The position numbers and the translations under genes were made by a program. DNA of 63,903 nt, the filler included, from Octopus bimaculoides (taxonomy: Eukaryota), in NCBI RefSeq assembly GCF_001194135.2. It is 5 parts of 5 records of this genome, joined end to end, with 100 filler letters (N's around TTAATTAATTAA, not from the genome) between each part and the next. Parts side by side here need not be neighbours in the genome. Positions count along the whole stretch, not along the records: positions 1 to 30,975 come from NC_068985.1; 4 more parts are not named here. One strand, given 5' to 3'. Positions within the stretch are counted from its first letter, which is position 1. Each line of letters opens with the position of its first letter. This document shows, piece by piece, positions 1 through 12,899 of this stretch. A model generated the notes under the pieces. That model was not told where the DNA came from. It saw only the letters and a program-made list of their open reading frames with translations, and made no database searches.

Positions 1-31
<31 letters not shown>

Positions 32-36
32 CATAC

Positions 37-380
37 GGCTCTGTGGTAAGTAGCTTGCTTACCAACCACATGATTCCAAGTTTAGTCCCACTGCGTGGCA
101 CCTTGGGCAAGTGTCTTCTGCTATAGCCTTGGGCCGACCAAAGCCTTGTGAGTGGATTTGATTGACGGAAACTGAAAAAAGTCCGTCGTATATGTATAAA
201 TGTATATGTTTGTGTGTCTTTGTTTGTTTCCCTACCATCGTTTGACAACCGATGCTGGTGTGTTTACCTCCCCGTAACTTAGCGGTTCGGTAACAGAGAC
301 CGAGAGAATAAGTACTAGGCTTACAAAGAATAAATTCTGGGGTCAATTTGTTCGACTAAAGGCAGTACTCCAGCATGGAG
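37..380 (+). mobile_element. tRNA-derived SINE, family B (3'-truncated)
   Basis: Head GTGGTAAGTAGCTTGCTTACCAACCAC...GGCACCTTGGGCAAGTGTC recurs many times in the window. Confidence 0.8.
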
Positions 381-381
381 T

Positions 382-528
382 ATAGACAGATAAAGAAACA
401 GAGAGAGAGAGGGAGAGAAAGAGAGAAAGAGAGAGACAGAAAAAGAAAGAGAGAGAGGGAGAGAGAGGGAGAGAGAGAGCGAGAGAAACATGGAGATAAG
501 GAGAATGGTGAGAGATAAGAAATAATGA
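382..528 (+). repeat. Copy 1 of a ~146-bp GA-rich direct repeat
   Basis: Near-identical to 1057-1201, including the unique tail CATGGAGATAAGGAGAATGGTGAGAGATAAGAAATAATGA. Confidence 0.85.
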
Positions 529-773
529 TCTACATGTATATGTGTATGACGGTAACAGTGATTGAAAAGTGGATGTTGATTTGGAAGACAATGTCGACAA
601 GAAGCAACTGTTTAAATTTTTTGTGTGCAGTCTTAGTTTTTGCGTTCTTATTTTGTTGTTGTTGTTGGTACTTTGATCGATTGTACATGCACTATACATA
701 TAAATACACGCACTCACACACACATACACACATATATATATATACACATACAAACACACATGCAATCAGGAAA

Positions 774-774
<1 letters not shown>

Positions 775-836
<62 letters not shown>

Positions 837-966
837 AATATGTACGTATATATGCATATATTCATTTATTATTTGTTTTATATATATATATATATAATAG
901 TATATATATTATATATGCATGCGTATGTATATGTATACCTATATATGAGTCCATGTGTGTGTGCAT

Positions 967-1045
<79 letters not shown>
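775..1045. repeat. Compound microsatellites (TATC)n, (CA)n, (TA)n; representative of dozens in the window
   Basis: Directly visible. Confidence 0.95.
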
Positions 1046-1049
<4 letters not shown>

Positions 1050-1056
1050 GAAATAG

Positions 1057-1201
1057 ATAGACAGATAAAGAAACAGAGAGAGAGAGGGAGACAAAGAGAG
1101 AAAGAGAGAGACAGAAAAAGAAAGAGAGAGAGAGAGAGAGGGAGAGAGAGAGCGAGAGAAACATGGAGATAAGGAGAATGGTGAGAGATAAGAAATAATG
1201 A
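1057..1201 (+). repeat. Copy 2 of the ~146-bp GA-rich direct repeat
   Basis: Matches 382-528. Confidence 0.85.
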
Positions 1202-2705
1202 GAAAAATCATTAATATTCGTACTAAAAACCGAAGCGAAAATTCAAAAGCCTAGCCTCAAGCGTCTGACTATGTGAAGCTAGCAGTTTGTTGTACATCAA
1301 ACTGTTACCAAGTAGTTGTGGTCAATCAATTTATTGGTTTATTGAGACTTATCGATTACTATAGCCACTCCTTGCTCAAATAGTGACTACTAAAACCATT
1401 TTTCCGAAAAAGTTTTACCAGTATTTGTTTCGTTCAATGAGTGAGAAGGTTTCGTAATTTTTTTCTCTCCGTTGTTATATCTGTATGTATAAAGTTACTA
1501 TCTATCTATCTATCTATCTATCTATCTGTCTATCTATCTATCTATCTCTAGTTTTCTCTTCATCACCGTCTCTCCGCTGCTTTCGTTTTCTCCGTCTCCC
1601 TTTTTCTCTCCTCCTTCCGTTCTCTCTTTAGCCATTCCTTTCTTCTCAACTTCACATCATTTTTTTCTTCTTCTAAGCTGAGACCTGCACCAAACAACAG
1701 AATGCAGTCCTTCTCACAGCGTCGATGCGTACCATCGCTAGTTTCTTCATACTATCTATCAACTTCGGTTGCATTCGACAGTGACCAATCAAATAGTTGC
1801 ATTAATACAGACATCTTTTAAAAGAATTGCTGGTAAACATTGTGAAACTGAACAGGCCATTATTATGATGGTGTATATGACACCTATTCTAAGATATCTT
1901 TTGTTATTGGGAAAATGCTTTATCGGTTGCTGATTGCAATTCGTCCCCTGTCATTTCTTCACTGGCGTTTAGAAATGTATTTTTTTTTCTTTTCGTCTGT
2001 ACTCGATGCTTTCTCACTGTGGTTCTTGATGAAGCTGGTGATACTGGGCTCGTAGTTGTTTCATTACATGACTTTTAGAATTATTGGACGATTTAGGTTA
2101 ACTGTCAGCTCATCCAGTTTTAAAGTATCGATGCTCTATGTCTTAACCCGGTGCCTGCCAAAAACATTTTCATAAGTTTGTCCTAAACATCCATGCTTGC
2201 TTTCAAATTTTTAGTTAGTTTTTGTTTCATACGTTATGGATAATGTAAGGCTTTCTCTTCTCCAAACCCGAGTTATTCAGGTGGTTGAAAATAATTGGGA
2301 ATGTGTATCATATATGATGCATGGTCACCAGAGAAATATAACCTCTGTATCACATGATACACAGGACAGGCAACGCGTTAACCATTCTTCTTGCTTTGCG
2401 CAGGATAAACATTTGTAGGTTTGGCGGATACTACAATCTCCTTTTACTGTGACTTTGTATACCTTGTGATGTACATTAAGGCTGCCTTGTAACAAGTATT
2501 CACTTCTCGGGCCATCTTAAATATATTTTGTTGTTGCAGTGCAGCTCTTTGTTGTCGTTGATTAGATCAAATACATTTCAAAAGCTGCTTCTGTCACTAT
2601 TAGCTAATTTATATACAGTCCTCCAGCTTTCCGCGACACCATTGGTTGTTCGGTCAGTATTAATCTATATCGTTTGACTGATTTTCTGTCAGGCATTCGG
2701 CTTGG

Positions 2706-2755
2706 CTAGCTGTCACTGATGATTCGCAATACGGTGAAATCACGTGATACGGTAG
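2706..2755 (+). ncRNA. Hammerhead-ribozyme-like motif (imperfect)
   Basis: CUGAUGA (2716-22), weak stem II, GAAA, perfect palindrome AUCACGUGAU, A17. Stem I is imperfect. Confidence 0.35.
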
Positions 2756-3521
2756 TGCAATCCACCGTTTACTGACAGAATGTCGTCAACCGATAATGAA
2801 ATTTAGATGCTTTTTAGTATTAGTCGTCTACACAAAATTTTTTTGTTTTGGTACGTTCACTGCAATCTAAGGCGTTATAAACCCATTCGTGTTAGGTTGA
2901 GCGTTCTAATTAATATATGCTACAAATACTGCTTCTGTCACCAATGACTAATTTATATATTATTTATTTGAAATACATGTCGTTTAAAGTAGGCGCAGAT
3001 GTGAAAGAATTTTTGGTGTGATTAAATGTGTCACTTCAACAATACATTTTTTCAGGTTCAATTTAATGTACACTAACGTTAACACACTTTAATATTAGTA
3101 TTAAAAAAAAAGAAACAAAGAAAATCTCCCAAGTTTATAATCCAGAGACGCCATCTATCATATTTTGGTAAGTACGGAGTTTATGCTTTATTGAGGAGGT
3201 CTAACTATATCGAAACATGCACAGAGTTGTCTTCGCACATAATTAAAGTAATAGTAGCTACTGAGTCAATTTTCTCCTCAAAACCCAACATTAGTATTTC
3301 TAATTAGATATTTGATGCTCTGCATTATATATGTTCACGTCTACTTAACTCCTGATTTTTATATTTATGGCGTCTCTGAGAAATTAACTTCAGCGAGCTG
3401 TTCTTTTTTTTTCTATACAAGATATCTTTGATGTTTAAATGCAAGACTCAATGATGTATGTCTATACACACATGTACACGCCCATGGAAACACACACGTA
3501 TACACACACACACACACACTG

Positions 3522-3574
<53 letters not shown>

Positions 3575-4128
3575 GGTGTGTGTGTATACATACACACGCA
3601 CACACATACATGTGCGAAGGCACGCACACAAACGTACTTTCTCGTTAACACGACGCATATATACCCCACAGTGTACGCCGTAATCATTATTAGCGAGATA
3701 TTTTTAAATGACTAAAGTACTCAACAATATTCATCTAAATTATATATTGCCTGGAGCTATGACATTAAGTCGACACATAGCACGAATAAAGAGAAAGTGT
3801 CAAATTTTGATATAAAGAGAATATGAGTGATGTCACCTTGCATCATGTCTTTTGGTACGGTTCCTGTGATCAAAGACATGAGGGTATCAGTCACGTTCAG
3901 GTAGAAAGAAAACTACCCGGATAATGGAATACATTGCTATGATATATATACATGGATAGATATACATATATGAATATATATAAATAAATAAATAAATAAA
4001 TAAATATATATATTTCTANNNNNNNNNNNNNNNNNNNNNNNNNNNNNNNNNNNNNNNNNNNNNNNNNNNNNNNNNNNNNNNNNNNNNNNNNNNNNNNNNN
4101 NNNNNNNNNNNNNNNNNNTAGATAGATA

Positions 4129-4174
<46 letters not shown>

Positions 4175-4317
4175 AATTACGGAGATGTACTTGCATAGCA
4201 AGTGACCTGATCTGAGATCGTGTGCTGGAACGAAAACAATTGCAGCGTGGAAGGTGTTTATAAGCCATTTAAAATAACACACAAAAGCCGTCAGATTCAC
4301 TTCAACATTTAAATTTA

Positions 4318-4358
<41 letters not shown>

Positions 4359-4532
4359 TAATATATATATATATAGATAGATACACACACACAATATGAG
4401 AAGTTTAGTTCACTTGTGATCTAAACGAATAAGTACACTGGGAAAGTGCTACAGTAGGTCAACCGTTAGGTTTCAAGATCACAGCTAAAGCTGAATCTAG
4501 GGATTCGTGTTAGTGTTCCGTTATAGCTGGTA

Positions 4533-4676
4533 TATATTATATTAGAGGAAAAATCAAAACCAAGGCAGAACGTCCTATCTCAAATCATTTAGAACGAGTA
4601 TCTTCAAATTAAATTACTTTAAATGATTGAGATACTCATTCTGCTTTAATTTTGATTTTTCCTCTGATATAATATA
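4533..4676. mobile_element. Small palindromic (foldback) MITE-like element
   Basis: AGAGGAAAAATCAAAA...TATCTCAAATCATTTA pairs with TAAATGATTGAGATA...TTTTGATTTTTCCTCT. Confidence 0.7.
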
Positions 4677-4701
4677 ATGTAATATAATATAATATAATAT
4701 A

Positions 4702-4738
<37 letters not shown>

Positions 4739-4805
4739 TATTTTAGTGCCTTATTAATTTAACACACTCACCGGTCTGATTTCCATTCATTTACTTATTA
4801 TTTTT

Positions 4806-4844
4806 ACTAAAATTTTCGTTGCGTCTTGCAACCTTTTCAATAGT
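4806..4844 (-). ncRNA. Minimal type-I hammerhead ribozyme, U3:A8 variant
   Basis: ACUA-UUGAAAA-G-GUUGC-aagac-GCAAC-GAA-AAUU-U-UAGU: 4-bp stem I, 5-bp stem II, palindromic stem III. Confidence 0.6.
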
Positions 4845-5717
4845 CGTTGACTCTGTCTTTTATCGAAACTCAGTTGACCGATAACGAAAAGTTATTTTTC
4901 CTGAATATGTACCGCTGAAATTGGGATACCACCAATATTACTATTTTACTGTATTTGATGTTATAAACCGTGGATTTCATCCCCATAAAGGATGGAAGCC
5001 AAAGTTCACTTTACCATAAATGGAAGTAACTCTATAACTATCTAGAACTATCACAGCATACGTTTTGTCCAACGCATAAATTTTGTTTGGATATTTCTCG
5101 TGTGCACATTTCCCTTCTTACTTAATTTTATGTCATAATGATTTGGTCAACTCAAAGCTATAGTAAAACACACTTTACCAAAGTACTGTCGAGTAACAGT
5201 ATCGAAATGAACTTCTTAATCATACCATTATTTATGTGCCAAAGTATCTTTATAAATCATGACGAAAACTATTTTCATGTTAAATATTCTCTATAGATAG
5301 ACAATATCGATTTCTCAGTTTGGCACGTGGTCACGCATTTGTAGGAGAGGTGTATAGCCAATTGTATCATCATAGTACATGACTGGTACTTGTCGTAATG
5401 AACACTGAGGGGTGAGAAGCCAAACTGAAATAAGTACAATCTGAATTTATAAACTAAATAAACTGTATTTGATATTGTATAAATCACTCAATATAGTCTT
5501 CTCCTACTTCAGTCTCTCGCCTACCTTCTATAGATAGAATATATATCAAAAAGTATCACACGTCACAAGTCTGATGAGTTGTTCTGCTGAATTCAAATAT
5601 GGTTAATGCAGCTTTACAAGGAAATATCCAACTTAGTCATACATATACAGAGAGTCACACTGACACATACTTCAAAGTATTCCTACTTTCACTCAGATAC
5701 TCATATACATTACTCTT

Positions 5718-6098
5718 TACTCTTTTACTTGTTTCAGTCACATGACTGCGGCCATGCTGGAGCACCACCTTTAGTCAAGCAAATCGAACCCAGGACTTAT
5801 TCTTTGTAAGCCTAGTACTTATTCTATTGGTATCTTTTGCCGAACCGCTAGATTACGGAGATGCAAACACACCACCATCGGTTGTCAAGCGATGTTGGGG
5901 GGACAAACATACACACAAACATACACACACACACATACATATATATGACAGGATTCTTTCAGTTTCCGTCTACCAAATCCGCTCACAAGGCTTTGGTCGG
6001 CCCGAGACTATAGTTGAAGAAACTTGTCCAAGGTGCCACCCAGTGGGAATGAACCCGGAACCATGTGGTTGGTAGGCAGGCTACTTACCACACAGCCA
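5718..6098 (-). mobile_element. SINE family B, near full length
   Basis: Reverse complement of the 37-380 family, plus the tail GACTGAAACAAGTAAAAG. Confidence 0.8.
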
Positions 6099-6937
6099 CT
6101 CCTGTGTATATATATNNNNNNNNNNNNNNNNNNNNNNNNNNNNNNNNNNNNNNNNNNNNNNNNNNNNNNNNNNNNNNNNNNNNNNNNNNNNNNNNNNNNN
6201 NNNNNNNNNNNNNNNNNNNNNNNNNNNNNNNNNNNNNNNNNNNNNNNNNNNNNNNNNNNNNNNNNNNNNNNNNNNNNNNNNNNNNNNNNNNNNNNNNNNN
6301 NNNNNNNNNNNNNNNNNNNNNNNNNNNNNNNNNNNNNNNNNNNNNNNNNNNNNNNNNNNNNNNNNNNNNNNNNNNNNNNNNNNNNNNNNNNNNNNNNNNN
6401 NNNNNNNNNNNNNNNNNNNNNNNNNNNNNNNNNNNNNNNNNNNNNNNNNNNNNNNNNNNNNNNNNNNNNNNNNNNNNNNNNNNNNNNNNNNNNNNNNNNN
6501 NNNNNNNNNNNNNNNNNNNNNNNNNNNNNNNNNNNNNNNNNNNNNNNNNNNNNNNNNNNNNNNNNNNNNNNNNNNNNNNNNNNNNNNNNNNNNNNNNNNN
6601 NNNNNNNNNNNNNNNNNNNNNNNNNNNNNNNNNNNNNNNNNNNNNNNNNNNNNNNNNNNNNNNNNNNNNNNNNNNNNNNNNNNNNNNNNNNNNNNNNNNN
6701 NNNNNNNNNNNNNNNNNNNNNNNNNNNNNNNNNNNNNNNNNGAAAAAAGCAACAACGCGAGGACGTGGTACATGCAAAGTATTAGCAGACGCTCAGGGAA
6801 GGAAAGAAAGGTAGCTTTACGTTTCGAGCAAAGCTCTTCTTCAGAAACAGGAGACAGAAGAAAGTCCAAGAGAAAAGGAAGACGGAGGAAAAAACTCGAC
6901 AACGATCCACATATGGTTATACACACACAGGCACACA

Positions 6938-6968
<31 letters not shown>

Positions 6969-7075
6969 TCACATACACACACATGTATATAGTTATAAAA
7001 GTAAATAAAGTTGGAAAAGGCACAAAAGTATATTTTAGAGAATGTTTAATATTTTTGTTAAAATGAGTGATTTAA

Positions 7076-7114
7076 AATATAACCGGTTTCGATCTATCCA
7101 TCTTATCAAATATT
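7076..7114 (-). ncRNA. Minimal type-I hammerhead ribozyme, U3:A8 variant
   Basis: AAUAU-UUGAUAA-GAU-ggauag-AUC-GAA-ACCGGU-U-AUAUU: 5-bp stem I, 3-bp stem II, palindromic stem III, GUU cleavage triplet. ATTAAA lies about 25 nt downstream. Confidence 0.65.
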
Positions 7115-7699
7115 ACAAAAAATTTTTTCGGAAGTCAGTGAGAAAAATAAATTGAGGTTTAACAGTCCGTACCCATGCTTTAGTGCAAAATATTACTTTA
7201 CAATCGCTCCTTATATATGTTTTGTCTATGTACGTTTGGAGAGGGATTCAAGAGTTCAAATTTCAGGAATTCTATTGAAAAGGAGTTTTTTGATTCCGGT
7301 TCAGGAATCGAAACTACAGTCTTGCGATCATGAGTGTAATATCCTAACTGCACACACACACACACATATACGTGTATAGGACATAGTATAGAAGTGTGTG
7401 TGTGTGTGTATACACACAAGTAGAGTATTTTTTGCTGACACAAATATATACATACGCATAGACATACATATATACATACGTAACTGCATGGGAACAAGCA
7501 GGCATACCTAGGCACAAAACTAAGTCACGCAAGATATTAGTCAGTCGTAAGGTTAGGATGAACACCACTGGTTCACTGTTACCTTCATGTTGCTAAACTA
7601 ATGTACATTGAATGATATCGCCAACGACCGACAATTTTTTTAGAAGATTGCTACAGATCTAGAGTGATCTTGTCGAATTTTTTTTTTACACCTAATGTG

Positions 7700-7935
7700 T
7701 AATTCTCTTTATGATGGTGTTCTGAGCCAGACACGACGCTCCAATGACTTGAAAGCTTCTGTTGCTTCTATCAGACGTATATCTAGATATTTCATCATCA
7801 AGGGAATAGAAATTGCTGAATGCATGACCTGAGTGAGTAAAGTTTCAATGATTTGCTTTCTAGTGCCATCCACACAAATCATTGGTGGTCTAATGTGTAG
7901 TTTCCTTGAGGCTGGTTTAAACATCACCATTGACT
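7700..7935 (-). mobile_element. Decayed RTE-clade LINE fragment (RT C-terminal region)
   Basis: Frameshifted translation YSLDDEIS / RLIEATEAFKSLERRVW resembles the RTE motif LDDEI..RI..AS.AF..L..RVW. Confidence 0.6.
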
Positions 7936-8126
7936 TATCGAGGGTGAGAGTTAGGTCAGGCCTTTTGTAAATAGATAAACGAAAAGAAAAGAAAAAACAC
8001 TAGAACGAAACAACGGTCCATTTTATGTTGAATATCCGATGCCAGGAAATAATTTTAAACCAAACGAACAATTATACATGCATGTATGCAAATACTAGTT
8101 CAAACACACACACGCACGCACGCAAG

Positions 8127-8185
<59 letters not shown>

Positions 8186-8807
8186 ACATCACACACACAC
8201 ATCACACACGCACACAACATNNNNNNNNNNNNNNNNNNNNNNNNNNNNNNNNNNNNNNNNNNNNNNNNNNNNNNNNNNNNNNNNNNNNNNNNNNNNNNNN
8301 NNNNNNNNNNNNNNNNNNNNNNNNNNNNNNNNNNNNNNNNNNNNNNNNNNNNNNNNNNNNNNNNNNNNNNNNNNNNNNNNNNNNNNNNNNNNNNNNNNNN
8401 NNNNNNNNNNNNNNNNNNNNNNNNNNNNNNNNNNNNNNNNNNNNNNNNNNNNNNNNNNNNNNNNNNNNNNNNNNNNNNNNNNNNNNNNNNNNNNNNNNNN
8501 NNNNNNNNNNNNNNNNNNNNNNNNNNNNNNNNNNNNNNNNNNNNNNNNNNNNNNNNNNNNNNNNNNNNNNNNNNNNNNNNNNNNNNNNNNNNNNNNNNNN
8601 NNNNNNNNNNNNNNNNNNNNNNNNNNNNNNNNNNNNNNNNNNNNNNNNNNNNNNNNNNNNNNNNNNNNNNNNNNNNNNNNNNNNNNNNNNNNNNNNNNNN
8701 NNNNNNNNNNNNNNNNNNNNNNNNNNNNNNNNNNNNNNNNNNNNNNNNNNNNNNNNNNNNNNNNNNNNNNNNNNNNNNNNNNNNNNNNNNNNNNNNNNNN
8801 NNNNNNN

Positions 8808-8834
<27 letters not shown>

Positions 8835-8838
<4 letters not shown>

Positions 8839-9138
8839 TAGACTGTCAGCTCGATAGACGACGTATGAAGGTTCGACAATTTCTTGCTGAACAACCACAC
8901 AGACGATTTGTTTATAGTGATCGAATGTTTGTGTTTACATAAACTCACTCCATCTATGAAATCAACTTTACCTGAACAGGTGCACCGTGTGCCACATGTC
9001 ACATGACAGAATGATCGCAGAGCAACATGAAATGAAGTGCTTTGCTCAAGAACAGAACGCAACGCCCGGTCTAGGAATTGAACTAACGATCTCGTAATCG
9101 TGAGTGCAACATCCTAAGCACTAAGCCATGTGCCTTCA
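8835..9138 (-). mobile_element. tRNA-derived SINE, family C
   Basis: Minus-strand head GTGAAGGCACATGGCTTAG...GTTCAATTCC with A- and B-box-like motifs. Confidence 0.7.
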
Positions 9139-9156
9139 CACACAAGCACATATATA

Positions 9157-9216
<60 letters not shown>

Positions 9217-9693
9217 CTATCTATCTATCTAGATAGAGAGAGGGAGTGGATCCTCTCTTCCCCTCTTTCTCCCTATATATATATATANNNNNNNNNNNNN
9301 NNNNNNNNNNNNNNNNNNNNNNNNNNNNNNNNNNNNNNNNNNNNNNNNNNNNNNNNNNNNNNNNNNNNNNNNNNNNNNNNNNNNNNNNNNNNNNNNNNNN
9401 NNNNNNNNNNNNNNNNNNNNNNNNNNNNNNNNNNNNNNNNNNNNNNNNNNNNNNNNNNNNNNNNNNNNNNNNNNNNNNNNNNNNNNNNNNNNNNNNNNNN
9501 NNNNNNNNNNNNNNNNNNNNNNNNNNNNNNNNNNNNNNNNNNNNNNNNNNNNNNNNNNNNNNNNNNNNNNNNNNNNNNNNNNNNNNNNNNNNNNNNNNNN
9601 NNNNNNNNNNNNNNNNNNNNNNNNNNNNNNNNNNNNNNNNNNNNNNNNNNNNNNNNNNNNNNNNNNNNNNNNNNNNNNNNNNNNNNNNNNNNN

Positions 9694-9897
9694 GAACATA
9701 ACACTGCATCGCACCTTGTTCTGTGATCACTTCGACCCGTGGCACACGGTGCACCTGTTCAGACAACATCGATTTGTTGGAGAGAGTGAGGTGAAGTGCG
9801 GCACGAACATTTGATCACTATAAAGAAATCATTTGTGCAGGTCGTTCGGCAAAAAAGCTGAACACTCATACGTCGTCTTCGCCGGGAGAGTCCATCA
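9694..9897 (+). mobile_element. SINE family C, 3' part, inverted relative to 8835-9138
   Basis: GTGGCACACGGTGCACCTGTTCAG is the reverse complement of the segment near 8970-8995. Confidence 0.65.
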
Positions 9898-12800
9898 CAC
9901 ATAAACACACACACACACACGTGTTTATACATATATAAATATTTTAGAACGTATATTATTGCAATATATAAATAAACGCACCCATTGTATATGTGTGTGT
10001 ATACATAAGTCTGGGTGTAGATATAAGCATGTTTGTGTAAATACTAATGTTCAGAAAGCTGGATACATATACATGTGATTTTATCGGCATGTTTGTTTTA
10101 TTTGCATTTGTTCCCCCCTTTTCCCCCCCTTCATTTGATTAAAATAAAATTCACTTTACATAGCATGAACTTAATTTCAGTTGACTAGTAACATAATAAG
10201 AATGTACTCAGATAACTTTTAGGTATACATAGGAAACAGCGTAGCATAAATTAAAAAAAATTATGAAATGTGAAGGAAATAAAAAGCGGAAGAGAAAAAA
10301 AAAACGAAAGAGAAAAACAAAGAGTAAAGTGAAATAAAGTGAAAATAAAAGATAAAATAAAATCATGTATAGATATGAAAATTTAAGAGAACAAAGGTGC
10401 ACAACCTGAAAGTAAGTAACAAGGACTGTTGTTAAAAAAATCAAGGTCAAAGAGTATGTATACAACGAGCATATATGTTTGTGAGCTCAAGAGAAAGAAA
10501 GAAAGAAAAAAGAGAAATATAAATTGAAACCATTATAAAACTTGCCATTAACTAAGTTTCAAACTGTTGGAGAGGAGATGTATCAGTGACTAGATGGGAC
10601 TATTGCGACAAATGTTTTAACACGTTAAGAAATGAATGAAATTTAACACGGCTTTTTCTTATTTCATATGGCTAAATCACTCTTTCCTCCATATAATTGT
10701 CAAGCGAAGAACTCCCACACACACACTAACTCATGCATACATATACATACATACATACATACATACATACGTACGTACATACATACATACATACATATAT
10801 ACGTACATACATAAATAAAAAATACCCTGTTGTTGACGTTGAAATTCCAATGAAAGAGCCTTCGATCTACATTAAAAACCGGGTCTTTCTCTATTGACAC
10901 GAAATCTTNNNNNNNNNNNNNNNNNNNNNNNNNNNNNNNNNNNNNNNNNNNNNNNNNNNNNNNNNNNNNNNNNNNNNNNNNNNNNNNNNNNNNNNNNNNN
11001 NNNNNNNNNNNNNNNNNNNNNNNNNNNNNNNNNNNNNNNNNNNNNNNNNNNNNNNNNNNNNNNNNNNNNNNNNNNNNNNNNNNNNNNNNNNNNNNNNNNN
11101 NNNNNNNNNNNNNNNNNNNNNNNNNNNNNNNNNNNNNNNNNNNNNNNNNNNNNNNNNNNNNNNNNNNNNNNNNNNNNNNNNNNNNNNNNNNNNNNNNNNN
11201 NNNNNNNNNNNNNNNNNNNNNNNNNNNNNNNNNNNNNNNNNNNNNNNNNNNNNNNNNNNNNNNNNNNNNNNNNNNNNNNNNNNNNNNNNNNNNNNNNNNN
11301 NNNNNNNNNNNNNNNNNNNNNNNNNNNNNNNNNNNNNNNNNNNNNNNNNNNNNNNNNNNNNNNNNNNNNNNNNNNNNNNNNNNNNNNNNNNNNNNNNNNN
11401 NNNNNNNNNNNNNNNNNNNNNNNNNNNNNNNNNNNNNNNNNNNNNNNNNNNNNNNNNNNNNNNNNNNNNNNNNNNNNNNNNNNNNNNNNNNNNNNNNNNN
11501 NNNNNNNNNNNNNNNNNNNNNNNNNNNNNNNNNNNNNNNNNNNNNNNNNNNNNNNNNNNNNNNNNNNNNNNNNNNNNNNNNNNNNNNNNNNNNNNNNNNN
11601 NNNNNNNNNNNNNNNNNNNNNNNNNNNNNNNNNNNNNNNNNNNNNNNNNNNNNNNNNNNNNNNNNNNNNNNNNNNNNNNNNNNNNNNNNNNNNNNNNNNN
11701 NNNNNNNNNNNNNNNNNNNNNNNNNNNNNNNNNNNNNNNNNNNNNNNNNATTACAATATTACATCAAATACTATGAATATAATATATAACATAACATAAT
11801 ATTATATAACACAAATAATTATAAAAACCATAAAAGGCCAACAAGTTGTTTCGACATATATATATATTTTCTGATATACATAATCACAGTTCCATTATAT
11901 ATATAGAGTCACTTCAGGGTCATGATTTTAAAAAAGACGAAATTCCGTGTTAAAAGACGGCTGGATTGTAAAAACTAATTCAAATGTCTATGTACTATGA
12001 GCGCTAACTATTCAATCATACATCAAATACAATTAAAAAACAAAACACTTTAACAGACGATACAATCAAGTTAAGTGCAATCCACAACCATCAAAATTCA
12101 CTTCATTACATCTCAAACACAAACCCTTTCGTGTCCAAGATAGTCGCTCGTCACCACAACATACAACAATAAGATATGTGTGTATATAAATGTATATAAT
12201 TAAGTATGTAAGTGTTCTACGTATAACTGCAACAAAAAAATATATGAACAATTACATCTTCAATACAACAACTCTTTTATCTATTTAAATTAACTGGTAT
12301 AAAAAAATTATTGTTTAAACTAACTAATTATAATCTATATTTATTATTTTCTCGGAGGGATAATTCCGTAGAAGATATGAATAGAAACCTAATGAAAATT
12401 TCTCTCTTTGTTTACTTAATCTATCGCAGAGAGAATTCCGTAATAAGTGTTAATATATACTTAAGACTGTAAATGCGATAACTAAAATACCCCATAGATA
12501 TATATATTTTTTAGGCTACAGCAATGGAAATCAAATTTACTAATTATTTTAGGGATAACCAGATTTGAAGTTACTTAAATAATTATTGTTATTCGCACAC
12601 CATGGAAGGGAGAATTTAGTGAATTGACAGAAATCATCAATACAGACCTAACAAGCACTGTTCTCGACGAACTAATCTATATTATTATTTACAAAATGAG
12701 GGACCATATATGGTGCATATCCAAACTCTATCAATACTTTCAGAAGAAACAAACAACATCGTTGTAATAAAAATACAATTTATAAACTATACAATACTAT

Positions 12801-12899
12801 AATAATTATTATTTTTGGTTATTACATTTATTTAGTAAGTCAAATGAAACTATTTTTTATAGTCTTTTTTGTACATGGCGCAAAAGATTGTGCAGCAGC

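Noticed and set aside
3057-3174. Possible plus-strand exon (TTTTTTCAG ... TTG|GTAAGT)
   Set aside because: No coding signal or partner exons; such motifs arise by chance in AT-rich DNA.
5571-5600. CTGATGAG as a hammerhead core
   Set aside because: No downstream GAAA and no stem II or III.
11930-12800. Possible decayed GIY-YIG/PLE sequence
   Set aside because: No motif recoverable with enough confidence by eye.
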